From assembly GCA_001443395.1 (NCBI GenBank), contig LDXK01000006.1, forward strand, positions 1-23,591: a DNA stretch of 23,591 nt, written 5' to 3'. This document shows, in pieces, positions 16,988 through 23,591 of this stretch. Numbering within the stretch: the stretch's first letter is position 1; every line of letters starts with the position of its first letter. Under the pieces are notes generated by a model. It made no database searches and was not told where the DNA came from. It saw only the letters and a program-made list of their open reading frames with translations. This DNA comes from a candidate division WWE3 bacterium CSP1-7. Its GTDB lineage: Bacteria; Patescibacteriota; WWE3; 9FT-COMBO-53-11. Both the position numbers and the translations under genes were made by a program.

Positions 16988-17397
16988 AAAAGAGAGAACA
17001 AGGCCAAGGCCTGGTCGAGTTTGCGCTGATTCTTCCCCTGCTGGTCATGTTGGTTCTGGGAATCTTTGAGACGGGGATGCTATTCAGTGATCTGGTCCAG
17101 GCAAACGCCAGCGCTCACAACGCGGTGCACGCCGCCGCCGTTCACATCGTGGACGGGTCGGGGAAGAGCTGCTATGACCGAGCGATGGAATCCCTGGGTG
17201 AGCCGGCCTTCCTCCTGGCGGAGGGGTCGATCTTCACGATCGAGCCCTGCTCGGACAACCCCTACTGGGTCGGTCCGATGGGCGCACAGGTGGTCGGTAC
17301 TTGGGAGTTTGTGATCGATCCCATCGATCCCATCTTCCACGACAACTTCGGTTTTCCGGTAACGGTTAACATGCAGTTCCGAGGAAACTTCCGCTAG
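16984..17397 (+). CDS. TadE family pseudopilin
   Basis: REQGQGLVEFALILPLLVMLVLGIFETG; GTG overlaps the upstream TGA (GTGA); SD AGGAGG. Confidence 0.88.
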   Translation: MKKREQGQGLVEFALILPLLVMLVLGIFETGMLFSDLVQANASAHNAVHAAAVHIVDGSGKSCYDRAMESLGEPAFLLAEGSIFTIEPCSDNPYWVGPMGAQVVGTWEFVIDPIDPIFHDNFGFPVTVNMQFRGNFR

Positions 17398-17407
17398 AAG
17401 GTGGGTT

Positions 17408-17452
17408 CAAAAAGAAACCCGCGAATCGGCAAGCCGATTTCGCGGGTTTTTC
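17408..17452. terminator. Terminator between convergent genes, possibly bidirectional
   Basis: AAACCCGCGAATCGGC-aa-GCCGATTTCGCGGGTTT with an A tract before and a T tract after. Confidence 0.75.
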
Positions 17453-17489
17453 ATTTCTAGTACCTTGATCAGAGTCGGAGGGATTGAAA

Positions 17490-19076
17490 CTACTCTCCCA
17501 CCGAAACGGCCCGAGCCTCACTCTGCTCTTCTTCGTTACCAGCTCGGAACCGTGCTCTAGCGTGTCTCGTGCCGGTTCCTCTGGTCATGTCTTCGCCCTT
17601 CTTTTGGCCGTCTTTTCCGGTGGCTAGCCGATGCGCCCGCTCCGAACCGCTGATCACCTTGTACTCGTGCATCCGCAGCGGTTCATCGATCTTCTGCAGG
17701 CACTCGGCGAGGATGTTCCAGTCGGAGTGAGCCAGGGCCGGCAGGGCCTTCGCCTCAAAGGACTTCCAAGCGGCGATCCAGTCCTCCGAGAGGGGAACTT
17801 CGTGTTCCTTGCCGTAGGAGTCCACAATCTTGCGGCGCATCTCTTCGGTCTTGGCGACGCGCTCTTGGATGGCCTTGACCTTCTTTCCCCGGTTGCGGAA
17901 CTCCCGGGCGAAGTCGGCCAGCTGGTTGAGCATCTCCCGAATGTCCACTAGCCGGCTCTTGAGATCAATCCATTCGGCGCTGCCCCAGAGGTTCGGGACA
18001 TCCTCGTGGAAGAGATAGGAGATCCGAACGGCCTGCGGCGGGGGATCAAACTCCCCAAAGTCCTCCTTGAGATGGTCGAGGGTCTCCAACACCTGTCCGT
18101 AGAACTGCCGGTCCTTAGCGACGGACTCGGCCCAGAACCGGAAGCCGTGCTGCAGGTCCTCGGCGGTCAGTTCCAGGGCGTTGATCTGGTCCTCGGTCGG
18201 GGCGGGTTTCCCGTCCCCCACCAAGGAGTCCATTTCCGCCAATCCTTCCTGGAGATAAGTCTCAACGGCCGCGAAAGGCAGCTGAGATTCGGGTTCGATC
18301 GGGTTATCGGCCTGCTCTTCTTGCAGCTCTGCGAAGGCCCGGTTGACATCTTCCCGAGCCATTCGGAATCGGTTCCGGATGTCTCGTTCTCCGGCGATCC
18401 GCTTGGCTTCCTTGTCTCGCTCTCGGAGCAGGTGGGTTTGGGCCGCGATCGGAGTTTCTTCGCCATCGACCGAGATGATCCGCTCGATCTCCCGGACGAG
18501 CTCATCTTGGGTGGCGACCAATCCTCGCAGCTGCTCGCGCAGGGCGGCGATTTTGGCGTTACGCGGATGGTGCAGGAAGCGGGTGTAGAAGAACCAGTTC
18601 ACCGCCAGCACCGCGTTCAGTACTTTCCTGGAAATCCAACTCACGTCGGCCACGAATTCCCAGGCCCACCGCCGGAGGCGCGGTTTGGCCCAGTCCTCTT
18701 TCTTGTCAAACCAGGCGGTCTCTTCAAATCGACGAATCCGCCAGCGGGAAGGATTGACCAGGTTCAGCAGCCACAGGGAGGTGAGCTGAACGGAATACGA
18801 CCACCAGTAGGTGTCGAATCCCAGTTCCTGCTCGCTGTAGGGGAGATTGGCGATCGCCATCCGGTAGCGGAGGGACATCGCCTCGATCCGCTGGTTTTGG
18901 CGCCGGATCTGATTCTTCAGCGAATTCCGGCTGAGGTAGATTTCAAAATCGAGCCGGGCTCGCTCCAGAAGATATCGGGGGAGCCACATGACCGCGTTAC
19001 CGATCTTGGTCAGAATGGGCCTCCAATCCGACTTTTTCGCCTTCGAGCTCTTTCGGACCGTGCGTTTCTTGCTCAC
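17490..19076 (-). CDS. Hypothetical coiled-coil protein (528 aa)
   Basis: Long ORF; GTG overlaps the upstream TGA; SD GGAGG; Trp-rich amphipathic N-terminal third followed by heptad-like charged helices. Confidence 0.8.
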   Translation of the reverse strand: MSKKRTVRKSSKAKKSDWRPILTKIGNAVMWLPRYLLERARLDFEIYLSRNSLKNQIRRQNQRIEAMSLRYRMAIANLPYSEQELGFDTYWWSYSVQLTSLWLLNLVNPSRWRIRRFEETAWFDKKEDWAKPRLRRWAWEFVADVSWISRKVLNAVLAVNWFFYTRFLHHPRNAKIAALREQLRGLVATQDELVREIERIISVDGEETPIAAQTHLLRERDKEAKRIAGERDIRNRFRMAREDVNRAFAELQEEQADNPIEPESQLPFAAVETYLQEGLAEMDSLVGDGKPAPTEDQINALELTAEDLQHGFRFWAESVAKDRQFYGQVLETLDHLKEDFGEFDPPPQAVRISYLFHEDVPNLWGSAEWIDLKSRLVDIREMLNQLADFAREFRNRGKKVKAIQERVAKTEEMRRKIVDSYGKEHEVPLSEDWIAAWKSFEAKALPALAHSDWNILAECLQKIDEPLRMHEYKVISGSERAHRLATGKDGQKKGEDMTRGTGTRHARARFRAGNEEEQSEARAVSVGE

Positions 19077-19399
19077 TTCTTGTTCCTCCTTGTTTGTTGT
19101 TGGAATCGCTTGTGCGCTTCCAGCATTGGTTGGACCCGGGTGTAGTAGAGATTGGCCAGGAATTTTTCCCGCCTTTCTCCCCTCATCCTTCTGATGTTTC
19201 TTTGTATCTCCTGCCAGTGGTATAGGAAAATCTGAGCCTCGGTTCCCAGGCCACTGTTTTGATACAGGGCGGCGATTTTTCGCAGCTCGGGGATGCTCTC
19301 GTAGATATCCTTGGAAGGGTTGTCTCTTCCGAATAACAGGACGAGAATCACCAAAATCGCCAGAACAGCGACCACCACAAACAGCGCCATCTGTTCCAT
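19073..19399 (-). CDS. Hypothetical protein with N-terminal TM anchor
   Basis: MEQMALFVVVAVLAILVILVLLFGR; SD-rich upstream; translationally coupled to the next gene. Confidence 0.75.
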   Translation of the reverse strand: MEQMALFVVVAVLAILVILVLLFGRDNPSKDIYESIPELRKIAALYQNSGLGTEAQIFLYHWQEIQRNIRRMRGERREKFLANLYYTRVQPMLEAHKRFQQQTRRNKK

Positions 19400-19421
19400 C
19401 TCCCTTTCCTCCTTCTACTGA

Positions 19422-19453
19422 TTTTGGGGTGCTGTCTCGCTTAACGCGAGTTG
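19422..19453 (-). promoter_or_regulatory. Conserved 32-nt leader hairpin motif, copy A
   Basis: 29/32 identical to 21123-21154; lies between the promoter and the SD. Confidence 0.7.
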
Positions 19454-19489
19454 CAATTTCGCTTTCGCGAAGGTGCGGAATCTCCTGTT

Positions 19490-19517
19490 ATTATAGGTTA
19501 CGTCTGTCTTTTGTCAA
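19490..19517 (-). promoter_or_regulatory. sigma70 promoter
   Basis: Minus strand reads TTGACA-N16-TATAAT. Confidence 0.7.
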
Positions 19518-19544
19518 AACCTATAGCAATATATGGGGAAAAGT

Positions 19545-19579
19545 AAAAAAGCCGGCGAGATCGTGTAGATTTCGCCGGC
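19545..19579 (-). terminator. Intrinsic terminator of the M23 gene
   Basis: Minus strand reads GCCGGCGAAATC-tacac-GATCTCGCCGGC-TTTTTT. Confidence 0.8.
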
Positions 19580-19586
19580 CCGTTGC

Positions 19587-21101
19587 TCATTGCATCTCTC
19601 TATCCGTAGTTTCGATCGAAGCTTCCAAGCGCTCGCTGATAAACCCGCGGACGTCAAGGAAGAAGCGATCGATCGTTTCCCGCGATTCCTCCGGGTAGTA
19701 CCAGGGGGTGTCCCGCAGGAATTTGTCGCAGGTCTCGCTGTAGGCAAGATCGAGGTGGAGGTGGGCGTAGAAGTTCGGGTCGCTTTCGTTGCCGCTCTTC
19801 CCGACTGTGCCGATGACATCGCCGATCTCGACCGTTTGGCCCCGCACCACGTCGATCTCGTTGAGATGGGCGGATCGGCTGCAGACCTCGGACCCCTCGG
19901 GGAGCCGGTGGCGAAGGACGACGATGTTTCCCAGTCCGGTGCCCACTCTTCCCGCGTAGAGAACTTCGCCCGTGCCGATGGCGACAACGGGGAAGCCCAG
20001 GTCTTCGTTTCCGCCTCCAACGTTGAAGTCCTCACCGATGTGGTAGCGGTCGATCCGTTCACCGGTCTCTCGATCCTGTTGGTTTTCCAGGTGTCGATAG
20101 CCGCCATAGGTTTGAACAGCGGTGGGGATGGGGTAGGCAAAGTTCTCCGCCACGGGCGTTTCTCTTCCGAAGAAGGCATCCATGAGCAGAAAGTACCCTG
20201 TTTCCGCCTCCCAATCCTGGATCTCCTTCGGGGTGAGGATTCGCGAGAGGTACTCGCGGATGGCGGAGAAGTAGTTCTCCACCGCCGCCTGGCGGTCTCC
20301 GTCCGGACCGAGAAACGATCCGAAGTAGAGCTGTTTGTCGGCCTCGCTCCCGCGCTCGAGCGCGATCAGGCCGAGATAGAAGCGAATCTTTGCGGCGGCG
20401 GCCAGTCCCAGGTCCCGGCTCGGGTCGCGGTTGTTCCCGTAGATCTCGCGGTTGTCGAAGATCTGCCAGGCGCTGATATCGTAGCGGCGGAGGGCCCAGA
20501 GGACCTCCACCAGATTTCCGAGCGATTCTTCTTGAAACTGCTCGTCAATCTTCACGATGATCGCCCGGCGTCGGATGCTGATCCCGGTTTCGTAGATCTC
20601 CGCCAGGGAAGTCCCGATCCCTCGGAAGCGGGGATCGCGGGAGACGGTCGTCGCCGAATAGACGAAGGGCTGACCGTGCTGCTTGTAGGAATCCCAGTCC
20701 ACGAGCGGTAGTTGCCAGATGACCGCCGGCGATCCGGAGACCTCCGGTTCCTTGGTCTGGGATACTCCGGCGGTGCTGACGGCAAAATGGGAGTAGCGGT
20801 AGAGATCGTCTGCGCTTGTATCGTTTGCGGTCTGCAGGACAACCACCCACGATGCGGACTCGTTCAGCTCCGCCGTCTCCAAGTCGGCCGGTCCTCTCAC
20901 CACGAGAGGACTTTCTTCCCAAACCGATTCCACCGGATTGAATCGGCGCAGATAGCCATCCGTTCCGATCCGGAGCGGGTCGGTCGATCCGATGATCCGC
21001 CGGGTTTCCTCGGGGAGCCTCTCGATCGAGAAGTTGGGCCAGACGGTGCTGGTCAGGATTGCCAGGACAGCGCCAAGCTGCAGGACAAGGATTGCATTCA
21101 C
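19587..21101 (-). CDS. Secreted/anchored M23 family peptidase with an N-terminal degenerate amidase-like domain
   Basis: C-terminal HIGED (HxxxD), VVAIGTGEV, GLGNIVVLRH, AHL, GDVIGTVGKSG and AHLHLD (HxH); N-terminal hydrophobic segment; GTG after SD GAGGAG. Confidence 0.88.
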   Translation of the reverse strand: MNAILVLQLGAVLAILTSTVWPNFSIERLPEETRRIIGSTDPLRIGTDGYLRRFNPVESVWEESPLVVRGPADLETAELNESASWVVVLQTANDTSADDLYRYSHFAVSTAGVSQTKEPEVSGSPAVIWQLPLVDWDSYKQHGQPFVYSATTVSRDPRFRGIGTSLAEIYETGISIRRRAIIVKIDEQFQEESLGNLVEVLWALRRYDISAWQIFDNREIYGNNRDPSRDLGLAAAAKIRFYLGLIALERGSEADKQLYFGSFLGPDGDRQAAVENYFSAIREYLSRILTPKEIQDWEAETGYFLLMDAFFGRETPVAENFAYPIPTAVQTYGGYRHLENQQDRETGERIDRYHIGEDFNVGGGNEDLGFPVVAIGTGEVLYAGRVGTGLGNIVVLRHRLPEGSEVCSRSAHLNEIDVVRGQTVEIGDVIGTVGKSGNESDPNFYAHLHLDLAYSETCDKFLRDTPWYYPEESRETIDRFFLDVRGFISERLEASIETTDREMQ

Positions 21102-21122
21102 TGTTTTCTCCTCTCAAATAGG

Positions 21123-21154
21123 TTTTGGGGTGCGGTCTCGCCTAAGGCGAGTTG
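21123..21154 (-). promoter_or_regulatory. Conserved 32-nt leader hairpin motif, copy B
   Basis: 29/32 identical to 19422-19453. Confidence 0.7.
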
Positions 21155-21164
21155 TACTTGGGAA

Positions 21165-21193
21165 ATTATACCCGGTATAAGCCCAATAGTCAA
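21165..21193 (-). promoter_or_regulatory. sigma70 promoter of the M23 gene
   Basis: Minus strand reads TTGACT-N17-TATAAT. Confidence 0.75.
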
Positions 21194-21314
21194 AGTATAT
21201 AGGTTACATATTAATTCCACCTCTGCAAACCCGAAGGGTTTGACGGTCGACTATCGAAGATAGCTAGCGACGCCAGTCACGTCCTTCGGCGACCTAGCAA
21301 TCCCACTCAGTTTG

Positions 21315-21344
21315 TTGACATCTACCTCCGGAAACTGGTAATCT
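21315..21344 (+). promoter_or_regulatory. sigma70 promoter of the right HTH gene
   Basis: TTGACA-N18-TAATCT with a TGn extended -10. Confidence 0.65.
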
Positions 21345-21408
21345 TACACTCAGATTAAGTAAACCTTTAAATTGCCTTAGCTAAGGCAGATTAAGGTGAC
21401 CTGTCCAA

Positions 21409-23591
21409 ATGAATAGCAGCCTGCCCGGCTCAACTGATAATCTTTATCCTATCTCTGAAGCGGCCCGCATTTTGGGCATTCATCCTTCTACCCTTCGTCT
21501 CTGGGAAAGCCAGGGTTTAATTTCTCCGGATCGTACTCCGGGGGGCGACCGTCGTTATCGCCTTGCTGATCTGCAAGATCTCTTAAGCCGCAAGAACGAC
21601 GGTCGCTTGAAAGAGAACGGCGGTGGAGTTCCGCCGGAAGAGCGCTCTTACACTATTTCCGAAGCGGCCCAGTTTTTGGGGGTGCATCCTTCAACCCTGC
21701 GGTTGTGGGAAGAGCAAAGGTTGGTGACCCCGTCCCGCACTCCCGGTGGCGATCGGCGCTTTAGTTTTAGGCAACTGGAAGATATTTTGCGCCGCCAGTC
21801 CGATGGCCGGCGGAAAGCCGAGGAGATAAAAGTCGCCGAGCCGGCTCCAAGGTCCTACGAGAAGATTAAAGTTCGCCAGCTCGAACACTACCAACTTCCC
21901 TCGCGGACGAGGCTGGCAGCAACGCGGGTCTTTATTTTGGGATTGGCAATCCTGGTTTCTTGGTTTGTCTGGAACTCGGTTCCCGACCTTACCAGGGAAC
22001 GGGTCAAGCGCGCTTTCGTTCCTGATATCGACAACCCGATTGTCGATGTGAATGACGCGCTAGAGTATGTTGTAGAAAACGATCGAGTGGCGTGGTTAAA
22101 GTCCAAATTTCCGTTTCTAACCGATTTTCTCAAAGTATCCCAGGATGCCCTTTTCAACACCGCCCGTTTCTTAGGGACGGTTTTCTTTGGAAATGGCGAT
22201 GATTACTTTATCTCGCCCACCGGGGATGCTTCCTTTAATAGCGTTAATTCTGGCACTATCAGCGTCCCCTCCTTGAACGTTGAAAACCTGACCGTTACCG
22301 GCACCACCACCGGGGTGACAGGAACGGGAGGGGGCGGGGGGCTCGCCACCGGAGGAGATGCCGATACCCTGGAAGGGCAGCCGGGGAGTTATTATCTTGA
22401 TTTGGGGAACGAGATCGGCACCTGCGCCAACTGCCTCACCACCGCTGAGATTGACGAATCCACTCTTTCCATTTCCGCCGCCAACGCCGACACCATCGAT
22501 TTCCTGGATTCTCTCCAGTTCCTTCGATCGGACGTGGGCGACACCGGCACCGGGAATTACATCTTCGAGGACGACGTTACCCTGGGCCTCTCCTCCGCCG
22601 ATACTCTGGTGATCAACTCTGCGATCGGTTCCGATCTGATCCCGGACACCAACGTCGAATATGATCTTGGTTCGGCCGGGATCCGCTGGGGCGTCGGTTA
22701 CTTTGACGAGGTGGTGGTGAATACCCTCTCCGCCGGTGCTTCCGACATCTCCGGTACGATCTCCTCGGACTTCTCGATCAACACCGACAACGCCTCCGCC
22801 GATATCCAGGACGCCACCCTTACCTTCATCCGAGGGACCGAATCCCCCAATGCCGTCCTCCGCTGGGATTCCACCAACGACCGCTACCGGTTTGAAAGTT
22901 TTCCGCTTTATTTGGATAGCGATCTTCTAGTTGCCGGAGGCACGATCGATCTTTCCAATTCGGCCAAAGCTGTTTCCCTCGCCAACGCGGCCAACGCGCT
23001 TAACTTCGATTCCGATACCCTCGTCATCGACGCTTTCAGCAACTTCGTTGGGATTGGAACGTCCACTCCCGGCACTCCGCTGGACGTGAACGGGAACATC
23101 AACGTCCAAGCCGGGAACAATTACGAGATTGACGGTTGGGCGATCATCGGCTCCGACGGCCTCGGCGACAACAACTACCTCTTCTCGGCCCAAGACTCGC
23201 TCTCGGTCCGGAACTGGCAGGACACCGCCGACCTGCTCGTGATCGAAAACGGCGGGGACGTGACCGTCGGGGGGGATCTCACCGTCAGCGGGGGGGAGAT
23301 CTTCCTCACTCCGATTACCTCCTCCGGATCGACGACCGAAGGCACGGTCTACTACGACTCCGACAACGACAAGCTCTTCGTCTACGCCAACGGGGCCTTC
23401 CAGCGGCTGGCGACCGACATGACGAAATACACCGCCACCGACACCGCCCTCGCCAACGCCGGCTACGTTGAGATCGCCCACAACCAATCGACCAACGACC
23501 TCTCCCTCACCGCCTGGTACTACGACAGCCTCCTCGGGCAATGGCGGACGATCGAGAACTTCACCACCGTCATCAGCCAAGACCTTCAGAA
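21409..23591 (+). CDS. Large surface protein with two tandem MerR/excisionase-like HTHs, single TM and beta-rich extracellular region (partial, runs off right edge)
   Basis: Not in the ORF track; translated by hand from ATG 21409: YPISEAARILGIHPSTLRLWESQGLISPDRTPGGDRRY and YTISEAAQFLGVHPSTLRLWEEQRLVTPSRTPGGDRRF, TM VFILGLAILVSWFVW, then adhesin/fibre-like sequence (YDLGSAGIRW, VGIGTSTPGTPLDVNGNI, GDVTVGGDLTVSGG, GTVYYDSDNDKLFVY). No stop seen over about 727 codons. Confidence 0.9.
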   Translation, partial: MNSSLPGSTDNLYPISEAARILGIHPSTLRLWESQGLISPDRTPGGDRRYRLADLQDLLSRKNDGRLKENGGGVPPEERSYTISEAAQFLGVHPSTLRLWEEQRLVTPSRTPGGDRRFSFRQLEDILRRQSDGRRKAEEIKVAEPAPRSYEKIKVRQLEHYQLPSRTRLAATRVFILGLAILVSWFVWNSVPDLTRERVKRAFVPDIDNPIVDVNDALEYVVENDRVAWLKSKFPFLTDFLKVSQDALFNTARFLGTVFFGNGDDYFISPTGDASFNSVNSGTISVPSLNVENLTVTGTTTGVTGTGGGGGLATGGDADTLEGQPGSYYLDLGNEIGTCANCLTTAEIDESTLSISAANADTIDFLDSLQFLRSDVGDTGTGNYIFEDDVTLGLSSADTLVINSAIGSDLIPDTNVEYDLGSAGIRWGVGYFDEVVVNTLSAGASDISGTISSDFSINTDNASADIQDATLTFIRGTESPNAVLRWDSTNDRYRFESFPLYLDSDLLVAGGTIDLSNSAKAVSLANAANALNFDSDTLVIDAFSNFVGIGTSTPGTPLDVNGNINVQAGNNYEIDGWAIIGSDGLGDNNYLFSAQDSLSVRNWQDTADLLVIENGGDVTVGGDLTVSGGEIFLTPITSSGSTTEGTVYYDSDNDKLFVYANGAFQRLATDMTKYTATDTALANAGYVEIAHNQSTNDLSLTAWYYDSLLGQWRTIENFTTVISQDLQ
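22154..22517 (+). repeat. Inverted repeat partner of 1-364
   Basis: The reverse complement of 1-364 aligns without gaps; 29 mismatches by manual count (about 92% identity). Confidence 0.93.

Noticed and set aside
18006-20711. Long plus-strand ORFs (18006..19145, 19590..20711) and similar shadow ORFs elsewhere (1119..2123, 22927..23580)
   Set aside because: They are antisense to well-supported genes, have no motifs or initiation signals, and are expected from codon bias in GC-rich DNA.
21224-21300. c-di-GMP-I riboswitch (starts GCAAAC)
   Set aside because: It lacks the GAAA tetraloop and the ACGCAAAGC junction, and lies upstream of the predicted promoter.
1-23591. Composite transposon or IS607 element suggested by terminal inverted homology and IS607-like HTHs
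   Set aside because: The HTHs are followed by a TM helix rather than a serine recombinase domain, no transposase or TnpB is present, and the interior holds essential genes.

Overview
About 23.6 kb of bacterial chromosome using genetic code 11. The short EF-Ts, the rpsB-tsf-frr-rseP run without pyrH/uppS/cdsA/dxr, and the large membrane-anchored surface proteins suggest a CPR/Patescibacteria genome (inference). The core contains topA, two site-2 (M50) proteases, a thymidine/folate cluster (Nudix, tmk-like, folD, tdk, thyX, folA-like), rpsB-tsf-frr, an FG-GAP surface protein, a TadG/TadE pseudopilin pair, a two-gene hypothetical operon and an M23 peptidase. The main observation is absent from the ORF track. 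Both ends of the window carry outward-pointing paralogous genes that run off the edges. Each encodes a MerR/excisionase-like HTH (one copy on the left, two on the right), a single TM helix and an extracellular beta-rich region. They share an inverted 364-bp block at about 92% identity (1-364 vs 22154-22517), similar promoters and structured leaders. Other signals are three enzymes that have lost catalytic residues (Tmk, DHFR and an Amidase_2-like domain), a conserved 32-nt leader shared by two transcription units, a duplicated terminator flanking an orphan gene, and an apparent split between leaderless and SD-led genes.
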